Counted from the first letter of the stretch, positions 1 through 10,168 are shown. The stretch: DNA of 64,000 bases from an uncultured Nitrososphaerota archaeon (GCA_963799845.1 CAWCYI010000004.1:224001-288000), one strand, 5' to 3'. Numbers and translations are program-made. Notes: generated by a model not told the origin, from the letters alone.

Positions 1-1305
1 TATTCTTCTGACCTCTTTTTTCTGGGCAAGGTCTATGGTTCGAATGTTATCGTGCCAATGTGGTTCAAACATTTCGGCAAAGTAAATGGGGGAATCGGCG
101 AGGCATACCACATCGGAGTCTTCGGAAAGACCGGATCTGGCAAATCAGTATTGTCAAAGATGATTCTCCTTGGCTATGCAAGGAACAAAGGAATGTCGAT
201 ATTTGTTTTGGATCCTCAAGGGGAATTCGCGAAATTAACGGAGGATAGAGAAATTCAAGATATACTCGCTCGATTTGGGAAGCAAGTGAAAGTGTATGGA
301 CTCCATAATCTAATTTTGAAGGATGTTCACCGTCTGTTCAATCGAATTCTAAAGCAGTCAGGATTTCTAGACGGACTTGGTATCGTAATGGATGATAACA
401 AAGAGCGTGCTTTGGATCAAATCAATCAAATCTTACAGGGCAAGAAAGCCAAATTTCTTCCGTCCCCGGCAAAACCTGCAACCTACAACAAGCGTGAAGT
501 TTTCGACGCGATTTGGAAGGCATTGCAAGATGACGAAGTACTCCGTTCCATCTATACATCACAAGATCTACGCGGGCGGGTTAGATCAGCAGTACAATCG
601 AACAATTCTGATGATTATTTTCTTATATGGTCAAAGGTTGCAAATCTCTTCTCAACTAGCGGAAAAAATGATGTTGCGTTTATCGATGCGCTCCCTCAAA
701 AGGCAACAAATAATCCACGTGGCGATATTACAATAATCGATCTCTCTGAAACCAAGGTGCCGGATAACTTGCTGTGGAATGACAGTATTCAAATGGTGGT
801 TATCAATGAACTTCTTGAAGCGCTCACAGACAGCGCCCAGCTTACTTTCAAATCGGGTGGCGCCCTCAATACTCTGGTTGTTGTCGATGAAGCACATCGA
901 TTAGCACCACGAGAAAAATCGGAAAATATGGAACTCGAACAGGTCAAGAGTACTCTCAAGGATGCGGTCAGGACAACGAGAAAATATGGACTAGGTTGGA
1001 TGTTTGTTAGTCAGACATTGTCGAGTCTGGACAGAGAAATAGTCAACCAAATCAGGATCTATGTTTTCGGATTTGGCCTGTCATACGGAGTTGAATTAGA
1101 CGCACTTCGGGATATAATCGGCGGAAATGAAGAAGCGATGAGACTCTACCAATTATTCAAGGATCCGCAAAGTAACCCAGCACAGAAAGAGTATTCGTTT
1201 ATGGCGGTTGGTCCGATTTCTCCGCTGTCATTTTCTGGATTACCGCTATTTTTCCAGTCGCTCAAGTACCCTCAGGAATTTGCCAAATCCAATTCGGCAC
1301 CGTGA
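1..1305 (+). CDS. HerA/FtsK-like (DUF87) ATPase, 5' end outside window
   Basis: Frame open from base 1; Walker A GVFGKTGSGKS, 'VLDPQGEF', Walker B VVVDEAH, 'RTTRKYGLG..FVSQ' typical of the HerA clade. Confidence 0.85.
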   Translation, partial: YSSDLFFLGKVYGSNVIVPMWFKHFGKVNGGIGEAYHIGVFGKTGSGKSVLSKMILLGYARNKGMSIFVLDPQGEFAKLTEDREIQDILARFGKQVKVYGLHNLILKDVHRLFNRILKQSGFLDGLGIVMDDNKERALDQINQILQGKKAKFLPSPAKPATYNKREVFDAIWKALQDDEVLRSIYTSQDLRGRVRSAVQSNNSDDYFLIWSKVANLFSTSGKNDVAFIDALPQKATNNPRGDITIIDLSETKVPDNLLWNDSIQMVVINELLEALTDSAQLTFKSGGALNTLVVVDEAHRLAPREKSENMELEQVKSTLKDAVRTTRKYGLGWMFVSQTLSSLDREIVNQIRIYVFGFGLSYGVELDALRDIIGGNEEAMRLYQLFKDPQSNPAQKEYSFMAVGPISPLSFSGLPLFFQSLKYPQEFAKSNSAP

Positions 1306-1465
1306 CGACAGCCTGACCGACTGGCGAATGAACTCGAGGATGCGCCTTCGCAGACAAATTGGAGTATCCTCACGAACGGAGATAAATATTCCAGTGTTGC
1401 ACTAAATCCTAAACTAAAAAGTGCCCGACAAATCCGCCACCTAGGTTTACCGCTCGCTGCTAGGT

Positions 1466-1903
1466 TTAGGGCATTGTTAGAATAATGACATCATATTTAA
1501 CTCTACCCTGGGTTATGGCATCTTTGATTTTTCTTTCATTTCTATCTAGGCCTCGATTTGCATTTTTTGATGTTTTCACTTCGACGAAGACTACAGCTTC
1601 AAGAGGATCATCAGTATCCTTTGCTTGGCTATATCCTTTGTAAACGATGTAGTCAACAGGTTTTCCTCCAAGATATCGAGCATCCGCTGGCTCGTATTTC
1701 TGCATGAATTCTATCATATGCGGCGCAATGTTTTCTCCCACATTCCCTTTGATCGTACTCTTCGATTGGGCGAGTCTCGAGGCAACAATTTCTTCTAACT
1801 CCACGGCCGTGTACACTTTGTCCCTTGCACGGGACCAAAGAGTCCATCCAACTAGTGTAAGCACAATTAGCGTTAGAATCAGCTCCAAGTAAAAGAAAAT
1901 CAA
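1466..1903 (-). CDS. Holliday junction resolvase-like PD-(D/E)xK endonuclease with N-terminal membrane anchor
   Basis: 'KGNVGENIAP..DARYLGGKPVDYIVYKG..FVEVKT..E.KIK' matches the Endonuc_Holl pattern. Confidence 0.85.
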   Translation of the reverse strand: MIFFYLELILTLIVLTLVGWTLWSRARDKVYTAVELEEIVASRLAQSKSTIKGNVGENIAPHMIEFMQKYEPADARYLGGKPVDYIVYKGYSQAKDTDDPLEAVVFVEVKTSKNANRGLDRNERKIKDAITQGRVKYDVIILTMP

Positions 1904-1915
1904 GCGTCGATAGAA

Positions 1916-3124
1916 TCATGTAAATGAGGGACCAAACGAAATACCGCTCTCCAGCCAATTAACATTGGTGGCTGACGACATCGGCGCCGTCGTAGGACTG
2001 GGCGCAGATGTGGAGTATTCTCCAGCACAGCTTCCGCCGGAATTAGAATTTAATGAGTAGCCTAATCCGGCACTGTAAGATGAGACAGAACTTGAATCTG
2101 ACGCGGAGGTGGATAGTGAGACCCCGGGATTGGGTATTCCAAACGGCGATGTCGAAAATGAATTGCTATAACTAGAACCATAGTTGGAATCGTTCGATGA
2201 TCCGGAGATCCCCGTGATGTCAAAAATGCTGCCGCACAAAGAATTCACCGCCGAGTTGGTGGAAATTGTTATCCCATCAAATCCGGATGAGCTCGCTTGT
2301 GAAATAAACCACTCTGATTTGAAAACTTCACCCGCTGACGGACTAGCTATCGATGGAATGCCCAATTGCGCAAAGAAAGGAGAATGAGAATCTGTTGGGG
2401 CATTGATGGTTGGATTGGAGGAATCGAAAAGATATGTGATTCCTATTACTATGTAATCACCGGAAGACACGCTTGAGGGAAAACTAAGGTTAACAGAGCT
2501 GATGCCCCCACCGGACTGTCCTTGAGTCCATGCTTGCTGTACTGCAATTGACGCCTGGGACGAATACTGCTCTGTTATAGAAGTTGTTGCGGTGTTAGAT
2601 GTCTGATATATGAGCGATGTAGACTGCATCGTGCTGCCGCTGGAACTTTGATAGATGAATGACGTAGACTGTGCAATACTCGAACTTTGATAACTGTATG
2701 AAGACGATTGTGCTATCGAAGTCGCGGAATAGGTCGATGATGTTAATTCAGAATTGCTGCTGTTGACAGCACTTTGAATCGTAGTGAACGACTGTTGAGT
2801 GGTTTCTACAAATGTGCTACTTGTCTCTGTTGAATCCGTCTGACTGCTCAAATAAACAGTTGAGCTTGGAACAGGCGGAACTGTTACCACAGTTGTTGTT
2901 GAACAACAAGATGAACTAAGAACCGAAGAAAGGGTTGTGGTAACTTGCGAAGTAGTTGTCGCTGTTTGATTTTGACTCACTGTCGAGTTCGCGAAACCAG
3001 GAAATTGACTTACAACGACAGATCCAACAAATACTATTGCCACGATTGCGATTACTACGATAGAAACCTTTGCGCCTAGAAGTTTGGTCAGAAGGAGATC
3101 GCGCGAAATTCTAGTGTTTTTCAA
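1916..3124 (-). CDS. Ser/Thr-rich secreted/surface protein
   Basis: N-terminal hydrophobic helix, long S/T linker, beta-rich C-terminal domain. Confidence 0.7.
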   Translation of the reverse strand: MKNTRISRDLLLTKLLGAKVSIVVIAIVAIVFVGSVVVSQFPGFANSTVSQNQTATTTSQVTTTLSSVLSSSCCSTTTVVTVPPVPSSTVYLSSQTDSTETSSTFVETTQQSFTTIQSAVNSSNSELTSSTYSATSIAQSSSYSYQSSSIAQSTSFIYQSSSGSTMQSTSLIYQTSNTATTSITEQYSSQASIAVQQAWTQGQSGGGISSVNLSFPSSVSSGDYIVIGITYLFDSSNPTINAPTDSHSPFFAQLGIPSIASPSAGEVFKSEWFISQASSSGFDGITISTNSAVNSLCGSIFDITGISGSSNDSNYGSSYSNSFSTSPFGIPNPGVSLSTSASDSSSVSSYSAGLGYSLNSNSGGSCAGEYSTSAPSPTTAPMSSATNVNWLESGISFGPSFT

Positions 3125-3288
3125 CGTAAGACGACCTAGGCTTGGGTACCCGATGTAATTTTATGATGTCAAACGTGCTTTCTTTTTAGTTATGATTTTG
3201 TAATCCATTTCTGAAATCCACATGATAAAAAGGGCAAACGTAAATCTTCCAAGCCCTAGTTGATCCAATCGCGAAAAAAGGAATTGTC

Positions 3289-5427
3289 TCAGATCTTAAG
3301 CGTATAACGTACATCCTCGACTTTTTGACTTTCAGAATTTTTCAAAAGTTCACGCACCACTTCGACAGTCTTGTGTTGAGAATCAAAGAAGAATATCGAT
3401 TCGGGTTTCGCTGCTTTCGTCTGCTTCTTTCCACTTGAGGCATCGAAAGAAAGATCCTTTGGGGAGTTGTGCGTGGAGAGAATGAGCAGTGCTTGCTTAG
3501 CATATCCGATATCGCTGCTAGAAATTCCATATTCTACCCAACCGTTCATTTTCAGATCCATCAAGAATTCGATGCACCTATCAGTTAGTTTGTCGACCAG
3601 CAGTTTTCTAAGAATCTCTTTTTTGGATAGCTTGGAATCGAAAATAGCGAGAAAGAGATTTTGATACCCTACCTCGTTGTAAGTTTCTTCAGTAATAACA
3701 TCGCGTAGATCGATCTTTTCTTCGGCAGGTTCTGCAAGAAGTTTTGAAAATTGGTCAACAGTTCCATTTTCAATCAAAGATACCCAATCGGTCTTCGGTT
3801 TTTCGGGTTGAACTGGAACTGGTTTTACGGGCAACGGTGCAGCTAATGCCGGAATTTCAATAGCAGGTGGAGAGGTAACCGCCGGAGCTACATTCTGAAC
3901 GGAACTTGTACTATGCTCCGCGCTCAACTGTTCTTGAACTATGGCTTTAGGCGAAATTGTCATGCCTGCGTCGCTTTCAAGTTTTACCGAACGAGAAATG
4001 CCTTCTGCATCAACGTACTCGATCTCAAAATGATCAATCGGTTTTGACAAAGTCTTGCCAGAATCCAATCGTAAATACAGGTCACCTGTTTCTGAAAGGC
4101 CTCTAGGGAGAACCGGCTTTAAGCTGCTCAGAGAACCTCTTTCAAGGGATGCACCTTGAGCGAGTATTGTCCTAAGTTGAAATGATGCCGCGTCGGCTGT
4201 ACCGTCATTTGCTATGATGTAGGAGGCATGAACTAATGTTTGCGACGGCTCTTCAGACACGTACCTAAGCTGAAGATCAAAATGAGGTTGTGGTGTAAAA
4301 ATTTCTATTTTAATTCCGGTCGAAGATATCTCCTTAGTATATACAACGTTGTCCATATCTTTGTATTGAAGGAGTAAACCATCCATTCGCACAACACCGC
4401 TTTTGGCTGCTTGAAACGTAATCGGCTGGTCCATGACCGCTCCTGACGCAAGTATTGTTTCTTGGGCAAATGCTTGAAGAGGCTTCAACTGTGGCCCCAG
4501 CGATCCAACTGTCGGCAGCTGAAGGTTGTGAGCTGCCCCTTGACCGATGTTTCTTAAGTTCAAAACGACGGAGAATGTTTCTCCAAAGGGAACTTGAGCG
4601 GGGTACTGCTTTACGGCTATCTGTAAATTGGGTGCAGGCGCTTTTACTCTAATTGCAATTTCGCTAGAGCGCTCGACATTTCCCGCAATTGTCTGCCCAC
4701 TTACAGTTATCTTCAAGGATTGCACTCCATAACTCACCGCGCGTGCTTTTGCTCGTTCCACAAAACCGTCTTGGGAGATAGCGATGATGTTTACAGCTTT
4801 CGGATATTCTAGCACCACCAGGCCGAGGCTTGTCGTTATTACGAACTTTACAGACCGAATCTCTTGATTCGTTCGAACAACAAATCTTACGTCAAAGACG
4901 GAGCCAACGGAAATCCCCTGGTCAAAACCTGCATCCAACTTCAAATCGACAGAAATGTTTGGACTTGGCCCCGGGACAGGAGCTTGAGGGACTGAGACAT
5001 CGGGTCGCTGCCCATAAATCGAAGCGATTGCCCTAATCTTCTTGTTTCTTCTATAAAAATACACAGGCATCGTTAATGGAGCAAAAATAAACGAGAGTAA
5101 CCCCCAAAAACCGCCTCGTAGAATTTTTCTCTTTCCAATCGAATTCAATTTTCTTGCATCAAGATAAGTAACGATCCCGGCAACAACCGCAATTATTATT
5201 CCAAAGAACAAGCCCGCACCTAGAACGGTTACGTTGGCCCTGAAGACGAGTTCAGAAATTAAAATAATGACTGAGACCAGCCATATGACCAACAGAGCAG
5301 CACGGTATCCAGCTCTGATCAATTGCTTGTTTGTGGTACCGTATGTGCGAAGATTTGTGAGGCATTCGTCACAGAGATCGGAATTGGGGTTGCTATGCTG
5401 TTTACCGCAGCTAGAGCAATATGGCAT
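3289..5427 (-). CDS. Zinc-ribbon + multi-TM + CARDB/Ig-like domain protein
   Basis: CxxC..CxxC at N-terminus, 3-4 TM segments, repeated 'V.L.L.N.G.G.A.N' Ig-like motifs, Pro-rich linker. Confidence 0.65.
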   Translation of the reverse strand: MPYCSSCGKQHSNPNSDLCDECLTNLRTYGTTNKQLIRAGYRAALLVIWLVSVIILISELVFRANVTVLGAGLFFGIIIAVVAGIVTYLDARKLNSIGKRKILRGGFWGLLSFIFAPLTMPVYFYRRNKKIRAIASIYGQRPDVSVPQAPVPGPSPNISVDLKLDAGFDQGISVGSVFDVRFVVRTNQEIRSVKFVITTSLGLVVLEYPKAVNIIAISQDGFVERAKARAVSYGVQSLKITVSGQTIAGNVERSSEIAIRVKAPAPNLQIAVKQYPAQVPFGETFSVVLNLRNIGQGAAHNLQLPTVGSLGPQLKPLQAFAQETILASGAVMDQPITFQAAKSGVVRMDGLLLQYKDMDNVVYTKEISSTGIKIEIFTPQPHFDLQLRYVSEEPSQTLVHASYIIANDGTADAASFQLRTILAQGASLERGSLSSLKPVLPRGLSETGDLYLRLDSGKTLSKPIDHFEIEYVDAEGISRSVKLESDAGMTISPKAIVQEQLSAEHSTSSVQNVAPAVTSPPAIEIPALAAPLPVKPVPVQPEKPKTDWVSLIENGTVDQFSKLLAEPAEEKIDLRDVITEETYNEVGYQNLFLAIFDSKLSKKEILRKLLVDKLTDRCIEFLMDLKMNGWVEYGISSSDIGYAKQALLILSTHNSPKDLSFDASSGKKQTKAAKPESIFFFDSQHKTVEVVRELLKNSESQKVEDVRYTLKI

Positions 5428-5562
5428 TGCCGCCTATCTTTACAGAGTACATTTTATTCATATCTAAATCTAGAGGACAGTCGATCTGTTGCTTTCATTT
5501 ACTTTCTTGGCCACAAGAACTGGTTGAAGTAAGCGTTCTTAATTTTCAAAGTTAGTTTCTCA

Positions 5563-6488
5563 TTATCTAGTGTCTCGGAAATGGCCACCAGCAAGATGTC
5601 TTGAGAGGCCAACACCACGCCGCACCTGCCACATTTGATGCTCTCTAGAAATGCTGCGTTCGGTAGTTTCAACAATTTCTTTGAAATATGGTTCTGTAGA
5701 GACTGTTTGCAGTTCTTTTTTTAGCTCCTCTAGGAGTCGCGCAGTATACGAATATGGTTCTACGAGTTCTGCATACTTCCTGCTCTGCGTCCACGCGACC
5801 ATACTTGAAACTATCGTCGCGATTAGACCAAGAACCGCTTCCGATCTAATAACTGCTTCAACATATCCATAAATCGCTATGGCGATTCCAGCAGTCTGAA
5901 TCGCGGTTGCAAAAGAGCTGTAAATGAGAGAAAGGCGCTTATCATTCGTAGCTTTTTTCTGTACCACTTGATTTGATCTTCAATTCTCTGTTCATCGTAG
6001 ATTGACCTTTTCGCTTCCCAGGGCAAGGCTCGTAGGGACTGCATTTCACTAGAGATGTCGTTTCCCCTCGGGCTGTCTTTTGATTGTTTATTCCTCCCTC
6101 GAGCACTGTAACCCGACCTGGCATTGCGAACTTCTTCGAGAAAGATCTGATCTGCTTTTGACGAATCCTCCAGAGGGCCGGTCGCCATAGAGTACTGCCA
6201 TTCAAGACTCTTGACTGTTTCTGCAATCGCACGCGCTTGAAACCAGATGTCTTCAAAATGTGTGACTTGCAGTGTGATTTGTGCAATGATTCCCACCAAA
6301 AACAGGAATATGAACGAATCAAAAATATTCTGCGAGCTGAACACTGGCGGTTGAATGAAACTAGACGCAGAGACTGTCGAGATGGCAATGGATGATCCAA
6401 GAATCGATAGGACAAGAAATTTTACATTTCGCTGGGCTTTTTGGGAAATCCTGTCGAATTGCTCATGCGTATTGGTAACATTGACCAA
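5563..6488 (-). CDS. Double SLATT-domain (DUF4231-like) membrane protein, split by a 1-nt deletion near 5953
   Basis: 'WFQARAIAETVKSLEWQY', 'Y..QRIEDQIKWY.KKA', 'VE.TE..ISREH..W'; the two ORFs join across an A-run next to AGCT. Confidence 0.85.
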
Positions 6489-6539
6489 GACTCTCGCATA
6501 TTCCTATGTGTTGCATTTACGGGACATAGTGCACACTTT

Positions 6540-7760
6540 TCACCGAGAACTGGATATCGAAATTTCTTTTGCAACCCGATCGCAGGCCTCCTTGAATCCA
6601 TCTTGCTCGTATTCTATTCTTTCAATTGGGCCGATCATAAATCCAGGTTCTACGCCTTTCTCTACAATAGGAATTACTTTCTTGTCATGCTCGACAGCGA
6701 TAGCAACTTCCTGTTCGATTGCTCCTGATGGATTCGCCTTTGAGTAAATGGCGACTAGGTAGTCGGATTCAAGAATTTTTTTTCTTACTTTCTCTTGAAT
6801 AGATGAACCCAAGTGGATAGAATCCTGTGCGGCATATGAACTGATACCGTGTGCTTTCAGGGCGTCCTGCAAGACATTTTTGAGATTTTCATCTTTGAAT
6901 GAATGGCTTATGAAAACTAGTGCCGCAGATTGGGTTTCTCGACGCGGTGAACTCTGAATAATAGTTGTACCGTAAACCCCCTTTAACGCTTTTTCAATAT
7001 TTTTTGCTTCGTCGCCCGATTTAACGGAGCTGCCTAGTTTGATAATTTTCCACCCGGAATTCACTTTGAGCTTGGGCAGGAAATCAGAGATTACCACATT
7101 GCTGTAATAGCTCAGAAAAGTCTCCATCGGACAATCGCTCGTCACAGTGAATGTTGCCTGACCTGCCGTGTTCAGAAACTTTCCAAGAGCTAAACACAGC
7201 GCGTTTCTGCCAGTGTACCCCGTCTTGTACAAGACAAATGCTTTCGAATCAATGCTCTCTGATAATATGGACACAAGTCTATTTGCGGATTCTTGGGGGA
7301 TCATCGATTGCATCTTGGAAATGTCGGCGTCATCAACACCTTCGGACCATGAGACGTTCAGTTTTGGAATTGCCCCGATGGGAACATGTCCTTTCGCAGG
7401 TTCAGAGCTTATTAGGGCGTTTTCAACATTTTTGAAAGCGAGGCCATCTGAAAGCAAGTCGACGGGAATGGACACGATTGTGCATACGATACCATCTCGA
7501 CCAAGGTCGTCTAATCTCTGACGTTTGTAGATCCTAGAAAAATAGATTGGACCCGCTGATGAAGGTTTGCTGATTACCCTTGCTTCAACCTGAAGATCCG
7601 AAAAGACACCCTCATCGTAAGGACACAGGATATCTTTATGCGCCGCCAGAAACGCGTCTTCTATTACGCCATCCGTTTTTGCCCTGATGGTGTAACCTTT
7701 GTAGGGCAGAGGGGCATAGATCAGATAATCCAATGAGGCGTTTTTCGTGTGGCTGCTCAA
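6540..7760 (-). CDS. GAP1-N-like domain fused to C-terminal TIR domain
   Basis: C-term 'VFISHSFKD..SDYLVAIYS..IEQEVAIA..KKVIPI' (TIR with catalytic Glu); N-term 'GY...A......D.LGR.G' motif like GTPase-associated protein 1 N domains. Confidence 0.75.
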   Translation of the reverse strand: MSSHTKNASLDYLIYAPLPYKGYTIRAKTDGVIEDAFLAAHKDILCPYDEGVFSDLQVEARVISKPSSAGPIYFSRIYKRQRLDDLGRDGIVCTIVSIPVDLLSDGLAFKNVENALISSEPAKGHVPIGAIPKLNVSWSEGVDDADISKMQSMIPQESANRLVSILSESIDSKAFVLYKTGYTGRNALCLALGKFLNTAGQATFTVTSDCPMETFLSYYSNVVISDFLPKLKVNSGWKIIKLGSSVKSGDEAKNIEKALKGVYGTTIIQSSPRRETQSAALVFISHSFKDENLKNVLQDALKAHGISSYAAQDSIHLGSSIQEKVRKKILESDYLVAIYSKANPSGAIEQEVAIAVEHDKKVIPIVEKGVEPGFMIGPIERIEYEQDGFKEACDRVAKEISISSSR

Positions 7761-7795
7761 TCAATGATACGCCTCCGCACTTTCGAATGGAATAG

Positions 7796-8797
7796 TTAAC
7801 TGACTTGAAGCGATTCTTGTTTGTCCGGTGTATTCTTCGCTATCTCGCCTAAATGATTGATGAAGGACATGTATTCTTCTTCGGAATAATCAAGCTTTGA
7901 AGATATTCCAGACTTTGCCGTACGAAGACTAGGTACCGGGAGTCCATCTTCCCCGAGCTCAGTTTTTAACTGGCTGAAATAGTACTGCGCGTCGTCAAAA
8001 TTCACCTGGACTAGCCTAGCCCCACGAACTTGCGCAAGGGTAAAGGGATAAAAATTCTCCATTAGGGCCGAGGCATATTCCTGCCTTTGCTTACGGTCGC
8101 CGCCGAGACTCAGAAATCCACGGGCATTCCGAACCACAAAGTTTCTCGGAATACCGATCGCTACGAGAAGATCCGGGGATATGGCATCTGTCTTTGTTAT
8201 GACGAATATGGGATGGAGCTTTGTTGATCTTTCTGCTTGACTTTTTGAGCCTTCCTTGTACTTTGCCACTAATGCGATCAGAGTTGCCATTACAGTGTCG
8301 TAATCCATCATCTCCTGAGATCTCTTGGAGCGCTTCTCGGTTGTAATTTTGCTTCCGTCTATCAGAAAGACAAGTATGTTGCAGTCAAGTATTTTTTTCA
8401 AGTTATCAGGTAATTCATCGATCAGATTGTAGGAAGAGGAAGTACGTTGCAACTTGTTAGAAATTTGTTTTATTAGTGCAACATCCTCTCCGGCGATGTC
8501 GAAGATGTTGAAATTAATTTTATTGAACATCATCATATGAAGTGTTCTAGTCAGTCTTTTTCTATAACCGAACGCAAATTCGTATTGCGATAAGGTGCCC
8601 TTTAGAGTGGCGGAGGGCCAGGATCCCATCATCAATGCGCTCACTACATCCCCAGTTTTTTTTGAAAAAGCCGGGGAAACAAAAGTTCTAAATTCTTCAC
8701 CGCCGGTCTTGTTAGAGTAATCAACTGCAGACTTTGCAAGGAGGCTAACAAAGACTGATTTGCCGCTTCCCCTATCTCCTACTATCCCAACAGGCAT
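7796..8797 (-). CDS. TRAFAC-class (double-GTPase-like) GTPase
   Basis: G1 GDRGSGKS, G2 PSAT, G3 DIAGE, G4 TKTD. Confidence 0.8.
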   Translation of the reverse strand: MPVGIVGDRGSGKSVFVSLLAKSAVDYSNKTGGEEFRTFVSPAFSKKTGDVVSALMMGSWPSATLKGTLSQYEFAFGYRKRLTRTLHMMMFNKINFNIFDIAGEDVALIKQISNKLQRTSSSYNLIDELPDNLKKILDCNILVFLIDGSKITTEKRSKRSQEMMDYDTVMATLIALVAKYKEGSKSQAERSTKLHPIFVITKTDAISPDLLVAIGIPRNFVVRNARGFLSLGGDRKQRQEYASALMENFYPFTLAQVRGARLVQVNFDDAQYYFSQLKTELGEDGLPVPSLRTAKSGISSKLDYSEEEYMSFINHLGEIAKNTPDKQESLQVS

Positions 8798-9585
8798 TGT
8801 TGATAATTCTTAACCTCACATAGAATTAGGGCTTTATGTGCCACGGGGTGCTTCATTAACCGCTTGTACTTTAACATTAGCTCTCTCAACAAGAGCTTGG
8901 CCCCTGTGAGAAATCAGCTTCTTTAGTTTAACGTCACAAGGGAAACATGAAGGGGCAGTCACCTATCCGCTCACAATGAAGGAGCAATTTGCAGTTTGGT
9001 ATCCAGGCTGCTTCAATCAAGTTATTGCGCCCTTTCTCTTTTTGAGGAGACGCAACAAGCTCCCGAGAGCGCTATTCTAAAACCTAATCGCAATACGGCC
9101 TTCGGTTCCGCAAGACCGGCGGGAATCGTGGTTATGCTGGTTAATGATTGCTTAAAGTCACTTTTTTCAGCAGCGAGGGATCCCGACTAAACTTCGCAAT
9201 ACAATGTTGGAGGTCATTAAGCTGTTCGTCAGATAAGACACCAGGGAACGTGTTCTCCATCGTCTCTCTGAGCTGGATGATGCATGGACCACACCACCAG
9301 TGAGAAGCTGGTTCATTATCTATGGTGACTCCGATGTCGTATCTCTTAATTTAGACACCGAAAAAGGAAAAAAGTCTCAAACCCTCCCCCTCCTTCACCC
9401 CCGAAAGCTCGATTTCCCGCCCCTAATTTCAAAAAGGAAAAAAGCTCGCCTGCACCTCTTTGCGACTAATGAGGTGCGATTTAGGGCGCCGGTCTGTTAG
9501 ATTGTACCGCTGGCTAGTCGGGGGGAAAAATCATTCCCGCATGCTATTACCTTTGGCGAAAAAAAAGGGGGTCTATGTATGCAGC

Positions 9586-9598
9586 CCCACCATTTTTA
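9586..9598. repeat. Target-site duplication, left copy (CCCACCATTTTTA)
   Basis: Identical to 14772-14784; both copies abut the inverted repeats. Confidence 0.85.
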
Positions 9599-9725
9599 CT
9601 TTTTTTTTACTAGGACGACTTCAACTGATACTACTACTTCTACTACTATAGCGACTCTCGTCCTCTCTCGACTCTTCTCTTCTTCTCTTCTCTCGCTACT
9701 TCAGAGAGAGATATTATCTAGAATG
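9599..9725. repeat. Left terminal inverted repeat (127 bp)
   Basis: Reverse complement of 14645-14771 (CTTTTTTTTTACTAGGACGAC...TTATCTAGAATG). Confidence 0.95.
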
Positions 9726-9921
9726 TAAGTGTTAGTTAGGGCATAGGGAGAATCTCAGAATCGTATAGAGAAATTTCCTCTAGTACTGCTAGAGGATTTT
9801 TCTCTTCCACTATGATTGTTTTGGTAGAATAAGATTTTATTTCACAAAAATATTTCGTGAATTGCGTACCATCAGCTGAGCTGTACGATTGTAGAGTACG
9901 CCTCTCCGTGTCTTCTGCACT

Positions 9922-10152
9922 TCAAGAGATGAATTTCTTGGGCCTTCCCATAACTTTTCTGCGCAGTGATTTTTTTCCATTTTGATTTACTCTAGCCGCG
10001 CAGGAATAAGAACAGAATCGAGCAAGGTGAGACTTGTACGGAAATTCTTTCTTGCATTCTGGATTTGCGCAAAAACGAGTACCCAGATATTTTGATCTTC
10101 TTCCGTGCCTATGAGACTCGTACTCGTTTTGTTGATTATCGAATATGCTCAA
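9922..10152 (-). CDS. Small zinc-finger protein
   Basis: CANPEC...FCSYSC motif, basic tail. Confidence 0.6.
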   Translation of the reverse strand: MSIFDNQQNEYESHRHGRRSKYLGTRFCANPECKKEFPYKSHLARFCSYSCAARVNQNGKKSLRRKVMGRPKKFIS

Positions 10153-10168
10153 GTTCTACAACCACGCC

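Noticed and set aside
2560-2960. DNA repeat arrays in Ser/Thr-rich stretches (also 18790-18950 and 33590-33700)
   Set aside because: Low-complexity linkers of surface proteins
8830-9350. Short ORFs 8996-9190 and neighbours
   Set aside because: No recognisable motifs; possibly decayed sequence
9545-9572. ORB element / replication origin (GAAA..GGGGGT)
   Set aside because: Lacks the TCCA core, single copy, no cdc6/orc1 nearby
9520-9592. Intact tRNA gene or RNase P RNA
   Set aside because: No T-arm, the acceptor stem cannot be completed, and RNase P consensus boxes are not matched; kept only as a target-site hypothesis
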